Below are positions 34,211-47,200 of a stretch of DNA of 64,000 nt, in pieces. Location of the stretch: the NCBI GenBank assembly GCA_002269645.1, contig NIVC01000284.1, positions 434,001 through 498,000 of the forward strand. Direction: 5' to 3'. The translations under genes and the position numbers were made by a program. Below the pieces are notes generated by a model that was not told the origin of the DNA, did not search any database, and saw only the letters and a program-made list of their open reading frames with translations. How positions within the stretch are numbered: the first letter of the stretch is position 1; the number at the start of each line of letters is the position of its first letter. Source of the stretch: Macrostomum lignano. Lineage: Eukaryota.

Positions 34211-34243
<33 letters not shown>
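33974..34243. repeat. (CTAA)n microsatellite, intergenic
   Basis: Read directly. Confidence 0.97.
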
Positions 34244-34662
34244 TACCAAACAAAAAAATAAATAACTGATCAACTAACTCACTTACTCACTGACTCACTC
34301 AAGATCGAAACAGGTTGAACTCCCAGAAAATTTTGAATTCGATGTTTTATTTGGTCCAAGAAAGTGAAGTAGTATCAGACTGGCTGATTTCTGATTGGTT
34401 CTTTAGGGGTCCAGCAAATCACTGTTGTTTGCTACGATTGAGTTAAATAAATAAAAGAAAGAGCTCAATGACGCCACAAAATTTATCTAAATTTCGCAAA
34501 GTTTTCAAAGGCGATTTGTGCTTGAGTATAGATAGCTACAACAAGTAAGTCTCAGTATTTGATTTAAAAAGTAAATCAAAGTATTAAAACGTTTACCAAG
34601 AAAAAGTTTATAAATAAAATTTTAGGAAGTGTTCTGCTGTTGCAAGGAACTAACATAAGTCC

Positions 34663-35705
34663 CACTATTCCCTGTCTAACAGGTGCCATGTGACACTATC
34701 CCCTGTCTAACAGGTGACACTATCCCCTGTCTAACAGGTGTGATACTATCCCCTGTCTAACAGGCGTGATACTATCCCCTGTCTAACAAGTGTGACACTA
34801 TCCCCTGTCTAACAGGTGTGACACTATCCCCTGTCTAACAGGTGATACTATCCACTGTCTAACAGGTGTGACACTATCCCCTGTAGGTGCCAATATCTCC
34901 TGTCTAACAGGTGTGACACTATCTTCTGTCTAACAGGTGTGACACTATCCCCTATCTAACAGGTGATACTATCCACTGTCTAACAGGTGTGACACTATCC
35001 CCTATCTAACAGGTGATACTATCCACTGTCTAACAGGTGTGACACTATCCCCTGTCTAACAGGTGATACTATCCACTGTCTAACAGGTGTGACACTATCC
35101 CCTGTAGGTGCCAATATCTCCTGTCTAACAGGTGTGACACTATCTCCTGTCTAACAGGTGTGACACTATCCCCTATCTAACAGGTGATACTATCCACTGT
35201 CTAACAGGTGTGACACTATCCCCTATCTAACAGGTGATACTATCCACTGTCTAACAGGTGTGACACTATCCCCTGTCTAACAGGTGATACTATCCACTGT
35301 CTAACAGGTGTGACACTATCCCCTGTAGGTGCCAATATCTCCTGTCTAACAGGTGTGACACTATCTTCTGTCTAACAGGTGTGACACTATCCCCTATCTA
35401 ACAGGTGATACTATCCACTGTCTAACAGGTGTGACACTATCCCCTGTAGGTGCCAATATCTCCTGTCTAACAGGTGTGACACTATCCCCTGTCTAACAGG
35501 TGACACTATCCCTGTCTAACAGGTGACACCATCTCCTGTCTAACAGGTGTGACACTATTCCCTGTCTAACAGGTGTGACACTATTCCCTGTCTAACAGGT
35601 GTGACACTATTCCCTGTCTAACAGGTCTGACACTATCCCCTGTCTAACAGGTCTGACACTATCATCTGTCTAACAGGTGACACTATCCCCTATTTTCCCT
35701 AACAG
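34663..35705. repeat. Second array of the 26-bp TGTGACACTATCCCCTGTCTAACAGG family, about 40 units, with an about 221-bp higher-order unit
   Basis: Same unit and orientation as 28871-30196. The variant CTGTAGGTGCCAATATCTCC recurs at about 34881, 35102, 35323 and 35444. Confidence 0.96.
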
Positions 35706-36144
35706 CATAACTTTCAGTAAAAAAGTCTATGATTGCATCGAAAATGACAGGGATTAACAGTGACATGAAAATCCCATTATTGACCAGAAAGTCACTCTGT
35801 AATTATCCAGTCAGTTCCGGATCAACGGAAAAATTTTCCTGCGTCAGTCAACCTGTCAGATTGGCTAAGAGAAACTGCATGCACCTATTACTAGTAGAAG
35901 CTGACTTTAACTGTGTTTTATTTTACTGGCAAATTTCTTTCCTATGCGGCTGTTATTTTTAGCATCGATTTCAGCATTACCCATCCAACCACTGTAAGTT
36001 CATCATGGAACTAATGGGACTGCAATTTACAACGCCAAATGACAAAGAAATCTATCACATGGAAGGCAATGCAAGCACTGACATTACCACTACTCCCGAT
36101 GCCAGAGGCGAAAGCAACAAGTACTCTGACTTTTCCGCCTGCAG

Positions 36145-38039
36145 CAATCGGTATTGGATGACAATGACGAACTTTCGACGATGTATCATCGAACTTTGAC
36201 GTTAGAATTTGTCACCTGCTGGGCGTCGCTACTTCTAGTACCGGTTTGCTTGCTAGCGGGCCTATTTGGCAACGTTACTACATTTGTTGTGATGCTTTGC
36301 ACTCGAAAAAGATGGTCGAAGCCTCATGTGTACATTGCCTGCTTGCTACCAACCAACGCTTTGATTCTGATGCACCAGTTCCTGTCCAAAGGCGACTGGG
36401 AGTTACCACTCTATCCGAACGATTGGTTTTGCGCCGCTTGGAGTTTTGCAATGTCCTCCTCGGCTGGACTGTTTGCTATGCTGCTCATGCTGGCTCTGAT
36501 GATAGACCGGTTGCACGCTCTGACACTGCCGTTTAGTTACAGGGCCTACGGATTGGCGTTTAGCAGGCGGATGGCTGTTGGACTTGGTGAGAAAGCTTGA
36601 ATAAACTGTTGATTCTGGTTGTCAGGGACAAGGGGGATCCCATGATTAGCGTCAGGGACAGGGGGATCCCATGATTAGCGTCAGGGACAGGGGGATCCCA
36701 TGATTAGCGTCAGGGACAGGGGGATCCCATGATTAGCGTCAGGGACAGGGGGATCCCATGATTAGCGTCAGGGACAGGGGGATCCCATGATTAGCGCCAG
36801 GAACAAGGGGCCTCCATGATTAGCGTCAGGGGACTCTATAGAATGAGCAAAATGGTTAGTGTCAGGGACAGGGGATCCCATGAGGGGATCCCAGCAGGGG
36901 AACTCCATGATTAGCGTCAGGGACAGGGGAACTCCATGATTAGCGTCAGGGACAGGGGAACTCCATGATTCATTAGCTACGCTAACTAAGAGCATTGGTG
37001 TGCTAAGCAGGGCCTCGCTTAAAGTGCGTGGATCTACTGTCGTACATGTAGATCTGTATAAGTTTTATCTGACACAACTGAAGTACGAGTATCTAACATG
37101 TAGCTAGCTGTCATTTTCAAGGATATCCCCGTTTTAACTAGCCTAGCTTATCTAAGGTTGTGTATTCATAGTATCCGGGTTCTGAATTTTCATAGCCACC
37201 GTATCGAACCAATCGTGTCCAGAGCAGGTTAATTCTTTCGATAAGGGACCAATTTACGTGTAAAATCAGTATTCTGTTGGAATAAGAAATCCACATTCAG
37301 ATGCTTATTGTAATGCCCGTGCATTCCTGATGCTAATCATGGTGGTGACACCCCCTATTTTTAAGACCGATCGACTTTTTACACGTATTGTTCAATATTT
37401 CAGAAAAGCTTTCGGCAGCCAATTTTCGCAAAAAAATACCGTTTTACAAATATTACAGCCCTGATCTCACTGGCCATGTCAATACCAATTCTGCCGCTGT
37501 ACCGGATAAGGCACTCTCTGGTATTCCTGGACTCAACCGCTCTCTTCCCAAGCTGCTTCGCCACAGAAGCTCTGCAGCGCGACATTATGGCAATCTACGT
37601 GACGGCTGTACATCGGGGCGGTCTAGTCTCAATACTGATGCCACTGTTCAACGGATTTCTAGCTTACAGAGTTTGTCTAATTCGTAGCAGCAGACAGAGT
37701 ACAAGATGTACTACTGGTACTACAGGTTTGGAAGCAAAAAAAGAGCAGAGACAATCAGTCAGGGTGACGCTAACCATTTTCAGTTTGAGTTTGTTTTACA
37801 CGGCTACATTAACACCGGCAGCTGCTGTACTGGGTGTCGGCACTGTGTACGCTCTGTCATCGGACCTGCGTCACACGGACACCGTGGTATTCTATTTAAA
37901 CGTGATCTACTGGACTAATTTGGGCCTACTGTTCAATGTTCTCTACGCAGTATTTTATGGTCTCAATTGGATTGTCTACGCTAAAGACGTGCAGTTTGTG
38001 CGGAACTCTTCAGTGTCCAATTATCTATTATCTACTTAG
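36145..38039 (+). CDS. Divergent class A (rhodopsin-like) GPCR, orphan; exons 36145 (ATG at 36181)-36586 and 37459-38039, 328 aa from ATG 36181
   Basis: TM1 GLFGN, TM3 Cys...IDRL (DRY-like), TM4 rebuilt across a phase-1 intron (G|GTGAGA ... TTACAG|CC), ECL2 Cys, hydrophobic TM5/TM6, TM7 LNWIVY (NPxxY-like). The 5' end is uncertain. Confidence 0.8.
36620..36970. repeat. 29-bp minisatellite (GTCAGGGACAGGGGGATCCCATGATTAGC)n in the GPCR intron
   Basis: Read directly; about 10-12 units, degenerating toward the 3' end. Confidence 0.93.
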
Positions 38040-38202
38040 GTAGTGTTGCTTTAGAATAGGGGAAAGGGACTGAGGCTTCGGTCTACGAGCTTAGCGAGCG
38101 TCCGACTGCGGCAACTGCTGCTGCTATTCACAATGCATGCTTGCTTGTTTTTTAATGTACTTTCCTAAAGCAATAGAATTAAAGATTGTAGATAGTTTCT
38201 AC

Positions 38203-41200
38203 TTTGTGAATCGTGCAGTTTGTGACGTGTCCAGTTGTTGAAGTGTCCAGTTGGTGAAGTGTCCAGTTCGTGAAGTGTCCAGTTTGTGAATTGTTCACTT
38301 TGTGAATGGCTCAGTTTGTGAATTGTTCAGTTTGTGAATGGCTCAGTTTGTGAATTGTTCGGTTTGTGAATGGTGAATGGCTCAGTTTGTGAAGTTTCCA
38401 GTCTGTGACGTGTCCAGTTTGTGAAGCGTCTAGTCTGTGACGTGTCCAGTTTGTGAAGCGTCCAGTCTGCGAAGTGTCCAGTTTGTGAAGTGTCCAGTCT
38501 GTGAAGTGTCCAGTTTGTGAAGTGTCCAGTTGGTGAAGTGTCCAGTTCGTGAAGTGTCCAGTTTGTGAATTGTTTAGTTTGTGAATTGCTCAGCTTGTGA
38601 AGTTTCCAGTCTGTGACGTGTCCAGTTTGTGAAGCGTCCAGTCTGTGACGTGTCCAGTTTGTGAAGTTTCCAGTCTGTGACGTGTCCAGTTTGTGAAGCG
38701 TCCAGTGTGTGAAGTGTCCAGTTTGTGAAGTGTCCAGTCTGTGAAGTGTCCAGTTTGTGAAGTGTCCAGTTGGTAAAGTGTCCAGTTTGTGAATGGCTCA
38801 GTTTGTGAATTGTTCAGTTTGTGAATGGCTCAGTTTGTGAATTGTTCAGTTTGTGAATGGCTCAGTTTGTGAATTGTTCAGTTTGTGAATGGCTCAGTTT
38901 GTGAATTGTTCAGTTTGTGAATGGCTCAGTTTGTGAAGTTTCCAGTCTGTGACGTGTCCAGTTTGTGAAGCGTCTAGTCTGTGACGTGTCCAGTTTGTGA
39001 AGCGTCCAGTCTGCGAAGTGTCCAGTTTGTGAAGTGTCCAATTTGTGAAGTGTCCAGTTTGTGAAGTGTCCAGTTGGTGAATTGTTCCGTTTGTGAATTG
39101 TTCAGTTTGTGAATTGTTCAGTTTGTGAATGGCTCAGTTTGTGAATTGTTCAGTTTGTGAATTGTTTAGTTTGTGAATTGTTTAGTTTGTGAATTGTTCA
39201 GTTTGTGAATTGTTCAGTTTGTGAATTGTTTAGTTTGTGAATTGTTCAGTTTGTGAATTGTTCAGTTTGTGAATTGTTTAGTATGTGAATTGTTTAGTTT
39301 GTGAATTGTTCAGTTTGTGAATTGTTTAGTTTGTGAATTGTTCAGTTTGTGAATTGTTCAGTTTGTGAATTGTTCAGTTTGTGAATTGTTTAGTTTGTGA
39401 ATTGTTTAGTTTATGAATTGTTCAGTTTGTGAATTGTTCAGTTTGTGAATTGTTTAGTTTGTGAATTGTTCAGTTTGTGAATTGTTCAGTTTGTGAATTG
39501 TTCAGTTTGTGAATTGTTCAGTTTATGAATTGTTCAGTTTATGAATTGTTCAGTTTGTTAATTGTTCAGTTTGTGAATTGTTCAGTTTGTGAATTGTTCA
39601 GTTTGTGAATTGTTCAGTTTGTGAATTGTTCAGTTTGTGAATTGTTTAGTTTGTGAATTGTTCAGTTTGTGAATGTGAATTGTTCAGTGTGTGAATTGTT
39701 CAGTTTGTGAATTGTTCAGTTTGTGAATTGTTCAGTTTGTGAATTGTTCAGTTTGTGAATTGTTCAGTTTGTGAATTGTTCAGTTTGTGAATTGTTCAGT
39801 TTGTGAATTGTTTAGTATGTGAATTGTTCAGTTTATGAATTGTTCAGTTTGTGAATTGTTTAGTTTGTGAATTGTTTAGTTTGTGAATTGTTCAGTTTGT
39901 GAATTGTTCAGTTTGTGAATTGTTCAGTTTGTGAATTGTTCAGTTTGTGAATTGTTTAGTTTGTGAATTGTTTAGTATGTGAATTGTTCAGTTTATGAAT
40001 TGTTCAGTTTGTGAATTGTTTAGTATGTGAATTGTTTAGTATGTGAATTGTTCAGTTTGTGAATTGTTCAGTTTGTGAATTGTTTAGTTTGTGAATTGTT
40101 TAGTTTGTGAATTGTTCAGTTTGTGAATTGTTTAGTATGTGAATTGTTTAGTTTGTGAATTGTTCAGTTTGTGAATTGTTTAGTTTGTGAATTGTTTAGT
40201 ATGTGAATTGTTCAGTTTATGAATTGTTCAGTTTGTGAATTGTTTAGTATGTGAATTGTTTAGTATGTGAATTGTTCAGTTTGTGAATTGTTCAGTTTGT
40301 GAATTGTTTAGTTTGTGAATTGTTCAGTTTGTGAATTGTTTAGTTTGTGAATTGTTTAGTATGTGAATTGTCCAGTTTGTGAATGGCTCAGTTTGTGAAT
40401 TGTCCAGTTTGTGAATGGCTCAGTTTGTGAATTGTCCAGTTTGTGAATGGCTCAGTTTGTGAATTGTCCAGTTTGTGAAGCGTTCAGTTTGTGAAGCGTT
40501 CAGTTTGTGAAGTGTCCAGTTGGTGAAGTGTCCAGTTGGAGAAGTGTCCAGTTAGTGAAGTGTCCAGTTGGTGAAGTGTCCAGTTTGTGAAGTGTCCAGT
40601 TGGTGAAGTGTCCAGTTGGTGAAGTGTCCAGTTCGTGAAGTGTCCAGTTTGTGAATTGTTTAGTTTGTGAATTGCTCAGTTTGTGAAGTTTCCAGTCTGT
40701 GACGTGTCCAGTTTGTGAAGCGTCCAGTCTGTGACGTGTCCAGTTTGTGAAGTTTCCAGTCTGTGACGTGTCCAGTTTGTGAAGCGTCCAGTGTGTGAAG
40801 TGTCCAGTTTGTGAAGTGTCCAGTCTGTGAAGTGTCCAGTTTGTGAAGTGTCCAGTTGGTGAAGTGTCCAGTTTGTGAATGGCTCAGTTTGTGAATTGTT
40901 CAGTTTGTGAATGGCTCAGTTTGTGAATTGTTCAGTTTGTGAATGGCTCAGTTTGTGAATTGTTCAGTTTGTGAATGGCTCAGTTTGTGAAGTTTCCAGT
41001 CTGTGACGTGTCCAGTTTGTGAAGCGTCTAGTCTGTGACGTGTCCAGTTTGTGAAGCGTCCAGTCTGCGAAGTGTCCAGTTTGTGAAGTGTCCAGTTTGT
41101 GAAGTGTCCAGTTGGTGAAGTGTCCAGTTCGTGAAGTGTCCAGTTTGTGAATTGTTTAGTTTGTGAATTGCTCAGTTTGTGAAGTTTCCAGTCTGTGACG

Positions 41201-44200
41201 TGTCCAGTTTGTGAAGCGTCCAGTCTGTGACGTGTCCAGTTTGTGAAGTTTCCAGTCTGTGACGTGTCCAGTTTGTGAAGCGTCCAGTGTGTGAAGTGTC
41301 CAGTTTGTGAAGTGTCCAGTCTGTGAAGTGTCCAGTTTGTGAAGTGTCCAGTTGGTGAAGTGTCCAGTTTGTGAATGGCTCAGTTTGTGAATTGTTCAGT
41401 TTGTGAATGGCTCAGTTTGTGAATTGTTCAGTTTGTGAATGGCTCAGTTTGTGAATTGTTCAGTTTGTGAATGGCTCAGTTTGTGAAGTTTCCAGTCTGT
41501 GACGTGTCCAGTTTGTGAAGCGTCTAGTCTGTGACGTGTCCAGTTTGTGAAGCGTCCAGTCTGCGAAGTGTCCAGTTTGTGAAGTGTCCAATTTGTGAAG
41601 TGTCCAGTTTGTGAAGTGTCCAGTTGGTGAATTGTTCCGTTTGTGAATTGTTCAGTTTGTGAATTGTTCAGTTTGTGAATTGTTCAGTTTGTGAATTGTT
41701 TAGTTTGTGAATTGTTAAGTTTGTGAATTGTTTAGTTTGTGAATTGTTCAGTTTGTGAATTGTTCAGTTTGTGAATTGTTTAGTTTGTGAATTGTTCAGT
41801 TTGTGAATTGTTCAGTTTGTGAATTGTTTAGTATGTGAATTGTTTAGTTTGTGAATTGTTCAGTTTGTGAATTGTTTAGTTTGTGAATTGTTCAGTTAGT
41901 GAATTGTTCAGTTTGTGAATTGTTCAGTTTGTGAATTGTTTAGTTTGTGAATTGTTCAGTTTATGAATTGTTCAGTTTGTGAATTGTTCAGTTTGTGAAT
42001 TGTTTAGTTTGTGAATTGTTCAGTTTGTGAATTGTTTAGTTTGTGAATTGTTCAGTTTGTGAATTGTTCAGTTTATGAATTGTTCAGTTTATGAATTGTT
42101 CAGTTTGTTAATTGTTCAGTTTGTGAATTGTTCAGTTTGTGAATTGTTCAGTTTGTGAATTGTTCAGTTTGTGAATTGTTTAGTTTGTGAATTGTTCAGT
42201 TTGTGAATGTGAATTGTTCAGTGTGTGAATTGTTTAGTATGTGAATTGTTCAGTTTATGAATTGTTCAGTTTGTGAATTGTTTAGTATGTGAATTGTTTA
42301 GTATGTGAATTGTTCAGTTTGTGAATTGTTCAGTTTGTGAATTGTTTAGTTTGTGAATTGTTCAGTTTGTGAATTGTTTAGTTTGTGAATTGTTTAGTAT
42401 GTGAATTGTCCAGTTTGTGAATGGCTCAGTTTGTGAATTGTCCAGTTTGTGAATGGCTCAGTTTGTGAATTGTCCAGTTTGTGAATGGCTCAGTTTGTGA
42501 ATTGTCCAGTTTGTGAAGCGTTCAGTTTGTGAAGCGTTCAGTTTGTGAAGTGTCCAGTTGGTGAAGTGTCCAGTTGGAGAAGTGTCCAGTAAGTGAAGTG
42601 TCCAGTTGGTGAAGTGTCCAGTTTGTGAAGTGTCCAGTTGGTGAAGTGTCCAGTTGGTGAAGTGTCCAGTTCGTGAAGTGTCCAGTTTGTGAATTGTTTA
42701 GTTTGTGAATTGCTCAGTTTGTGAAGTTTCCAGTCTGTGACGTGTCCAGTTTGTGAAGCGTCCAGTCTGTGACGTGTCCAGTTTGTGAAGTTTCCAGTCT
42801 GTGACGTGTCCAGTTTGTGAAGCGTCCAGTGTGTGAAGTGTCCAGTTTGTGAAGTGTCCAGTCTGTGAAGTGTCCAGTTTGTGAAGTGTCCAGTTGGTGA
42901 AGTGTCCAGTTTGTGAATGGCTCAGTTTGTGAATTGTTCAGTTTGTGAATGGCTCAGTTTGTGAATTGTTCAGTTTGTGAATGGCTCAGTTTGTGAATTG
43001 TTCAGTTTGTGAATGGCTCAGTTTGTGAAGTTTCCAGTCTGTGACGTGTCCAGTTTGTGAAGCGTCTAGTCTGTGACGTGTCCAGTTTGTGAAGCGTCCA
43101 GTCTGCGAAGTGTCCAGTTTGTGAAGTGTCCAGTCTGTGAAGTGTCCAGTTTGTGAAGTGTCCAGTTGGTGAAGTGTCCAGTTCGTGAAGTGTCCAGTTT
43201 GTGAATTGTTTAGTTTGTGAATTGCTCAGTTTGTGAAGTTTCCAGTCTGTGACGTGTCCAGTTTGTGAAGCGTCCAGTCTGTGACGTGTCCAGTTTGTGA
43301 AGTTTCCAGTCTGTGACGTGTCCAGTTTGTGAAGCGTCCAGTGTGTGAAGTGTCCAGTTTGTGAAGTGTCCAGTCTGTGAAGTGTCCAGTTTGTGAAGTG
43401 TCCAGTTGGTGAAGTGTCCAGTTTGTGAATGGCTCAGTTTGTGAATTGTTCAGTTTGTGAATGGCTCAGTTTGTGAATTGTTCAGTTTGTGAATGGCTCA
43501 GTTTGTGAATTGTTCAGTTTGTGAATGGCTCAGTTTGTGAATTGTTCAGTTTGTGAATGGCTCAGTTTGTGAAGTTTCCAGTCTGTGACGTGTCCAGTTT
43601 GTGAAGCGTCTAGTCTGTGACGTGTCCAGTTTGTGAAGCGTCCAGTCTGCGAAGTGTCCAGTTTGTGAAGTGTCCAATTTGTGAAGTGTCCAGTTTGTGA
43701 AGTGTCCAGTTGGTGAATTGTTCCGTTTGTGAATTGTTCAGTTTGTGAATTGTTCAGTTTGTGAATGGCTCAGTTTGTGAATTGTTCAGTTTGTGAATTG
43801 TTTAGTTTGTGAATTGTTAAGTTTGTGAATTGTTTAGTTTGTGAATTGTTCAGTTTGTGAATTGTTCAGTTTGTGAATTGTTTAGTTTGTGAATTGTTCA
43901 GTTTGTGAATCGTTCAGTTTGTGAATTGTTTAGTATGTGAATTGTTTAGTTTGTGAATTGTTCAGTTTGTGAATTGTTTAGTTTGTGAATTGTTCAGTTT
44001 GTGAATTGTTCAGTTTGTGAATTGTTCAGTTTGTGAATTGTTTAGTTTGTGAATTGTTCAGTTTATGAATTGTTCAGTTTGTGAATTGTTCAGTTTGTGA
44101 ATTGTTTAGTTTGTGAATTGTTCAGTTTGTGAATTGTTTAGTTTGTGAATTGTTCAGTTTGTGAATTGTTCAGTTTATGAATTGTTCAGTTTGTGAATTG

Positions 44201-47200
44201 TTCAGTTTGTTAATTGTTCAGTTTGTGAATTGTTCAGTTTGTGAATTGTTCAGTTTGTGAATTGTTCAGTTTGTGAATTGTTCAGTTTGTGAATTGTTCA
44301 GTTTGTGAATTGTTTAGTTTGTGAATTGTTCAGTTTGTGAATGTGAATTGTTCAGTGTGTGAATTGTTCAGTTTGTGAATTGTTCAGTTTGTGAATTTTT
44401 CAGTTTGTGAATTGTTTAGTTTGTGAATTGTTCAGTTTGTGAATTGTTTAGTTTGTGAATTGTTCAGTTTGTGAATTGTTCAGTTTGTGAATTGTTTAGT
44501 TTGTGAATTGTTCAGTTTGTGAATTGTTTAGTTTGTGAATTGTTCAGTTTGTGAATTGTTCAGTTTATGAATTGTTCAGTTTATGAATTGTTCAGTTTGT
44601 TAATTGTTCAGTTTGTAAATTGTTCAGTTTGTGAATTGTTCAGTTTGTGAATTGTTCAGTTTGTGAATTGTTCAGTTTGTGAATTGTTTAGTTTGTGAAT
44701 TGTTCAGTTTGTGAATGTGAATTGTTCAGTGTGTGAATTGTTCAGTTTGTGAATTGTTCAGTTTGTGAATTGTTCAGTTTGTGAATTGTTCAGTTTGTGA
44801 ATTGTTCAGTTTGTGAATTGTTCAGTTTGTGAATTGTTCAGTTTGTGAATTGTTTAGTATGTGAATTGTTCAGTTTATGAATTGTTCAGTTTGTGAATTG
44901 TTTAGTTTGTGAATTGTTTAGTTTGTGAATTGTTCAGTTTGTGAATTGTTCAGTTTGTGAATTGTTCAGTTTGTGAATTGTTCAGTTTGTGAATTGTTTA
45001 GTTTGTGAATTGTTTAGTATGTGAATTGTTCAGTTTATGAATTGTTCAGTTTGTGAATTGTTTAGTATGTGAATTGTTTAGTATGTGAATTGTTCAGTTT
45101 GTGAATTGTTCAGTTTGTGAATTGTTTAGTTTGTGAATTGTTTAGTTTGTGAATTGTTCAGTTTGTGAATTGTTTAGTATGTGAATTGTTCAGTTTGTGA
45201 ATTGTTCAGTTTGTGAATTGTTTAGTTTGTGAATTGTTTAGTATGTGAATTGTTCAGTTTATGAATTGTTCAGTTTGTGAATTGTTTAGTATGTGAATTG
45301 TTTAGTATGTGAATTGTTCAGTTTGTGAATTGTTCAGTTTGTGAATTGTTTAGTTTGTGAATTGTTCAGTTTGTGAATTGTTTAGTTTGTGAATTGTTTA
45401 GTATGTGAATTGTCCAGTTTGTGAATGGCTCAGTTTGTGAATTGTCCAGTTTGTGAATGGCTCAGTTTGTGAATTGTCCAGTTTGTGAATGGCTCAGTTT
45501 GTGAATTGTCCAGTTTGTGAAGCGTTCAGTTTGTGAAGCGTTCAGTTTGTGAAGTGTCCAGTTGGTGAAGTGTCCAGTTGGAGAAGTGTCCAGTTAGTGA
45601 AGTGTCCAGTTGGTGAAGTGTCCAGTTTGTGAAGTGTCCAGTTGGTGAAGTGTCCAGTTGGTGAAGTGTCCAGTTCGTGAAGTGTCCAGTTTGTGAATTG
45701 TTTAGTTTGTGAATTGCTCAGTTTGTGAAGTTTCCAGTCTGTGACGTGTCCAGTTTGTGAAGCGTCCAGTCTGTGACGTGTCCAGTTTGTGAAGTTTCCA
45801 GTCTGTGACGTGTCCAGTTTGTGAAGCGTCCAGTGTGTGAAGTGTCCAGTTTGTGAAGTGTCCAGTCTGTGAAGTGTCCAGTTTGTGAAGTGTCCAGTTG
45901 GTGAAGTGTCCAGTTTGTGAATGGCTCAGTTTGTGAATTGTTCAGTTTGTGAATGGCTCAGTTTGTGAATTGTTCAGTTTGTGAATGGCTCAGTTTGTGA
46001 ATTGTTCAGTTTGTGAATGGCTCAGTTTGTGAAGTTTCCAGTCTGTGACGTGTCCAGTTTGTGAAGCGTCTAGTCTGTGACGTGTCCAGTTTGTGAAGCG
46101 TCCAGTCTGCGAAGTGTCCAGTTTGTGAAGTGTCCAGTTTGTGAAGTGTCCAGTTGGTGAAGTGTCCAGTTCGTGAAGTGTCCAGTTTGTGAATTGTTTA
46201 GTTTGTGAATTGCTCAGTTTGTGAAGTTTCCAGTCTGTGACGTGTCCAGTTTGTGAAGCGTCCAGTCTGTGACGTGTCCAGTTTGTGAAGTTTCCAGTCT
46301 GTGACGTGTCCAGTTTGTGAAGCGTCCAGTGTGTGAAGTGTCCAGTTTGTGAAGTGTCCAGTCTGTGAAGTGTCCAGTTTGTGAAGTGTCCAGTTGGTGA
46401 AGTGTCCAGTTTGTGAATGGCTCAGTTTGTGAATTGTTCAGTTTGTGAATGGCTCAGTTTGTGAATTGTTCAGTTTGTGAATGGCTCAGTTTGTGAATTG
46501 TTCAGTTTGTGAATGGCTCAGTTTGTGAAGTTTCCAGTCTGTGACGTGTCCAGTTTGTGAAGCGTCTAGTCTGTGACGTGTCCAGTTTGTGAAGCGTCCA
46601 GTCTGCGAAGTGTCCAGTTTGTGAAGTGTCCAATTTGTGAAGTGTCCAGTTTGTGAAGTGTCCAGTTGGTGAATTGTTCCGTTTGTGAATTGTTCAGTTT
46701 GTGAATTGTTCAGTTTGTGAATTGTTCAGTTTGTGAATTGTTTAGTTTGTGAATTGTTAAGTTTGTGAATTGTTTAGTTTGTGAATTGTTCAGTTTGTGA
46801 ATTGAATCAGTTTGTGAATTGTTTAGTTTGTGAATTGTTCAGTTTGTGAATTGTTCAGTTTGTGAATTGTTTAGTATGTGAATTGTTTAGTTTGTGAATT
46901 GTTCAGTTTGTGAATTGTTTAGTTTGTGAATTGTTCAGTTTGTGAATTGTTCAGTTTGTGAATTGTTCAGTTTGTGAATTGTTTAGTTTGTGAATTGTTC
47001 AGTTTATGAATTGTTCAGTTTGTGAATTGTTCAGTTTGTGAATTGTTTAGTTTGTGAATTGTTCAGTTTGTGAATTGTTTAGTTTGTGAATTGTTCAGTT
47101 TGTGAATTGTTCAGTTTATGAATTGTTCAGTTTATGAATTGTTCAGTTTGTTAATTGTTCAGTTTGTGAATTGTTCAGTTTGTGAATTGTTCAGTTTGTG

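Noticed and set aside
33974-34243. Interstitial telomeric repeat
   Set aside because: The unit is TTAG, not TTAGG or TTAGGG.
36145-38039. Muscarinic acetylcholine receptor completing a cholinergic cluster
   Set aside because: No TM3 ligand-binding Asp, no long ICL3 and no conserved mAChR motifs.
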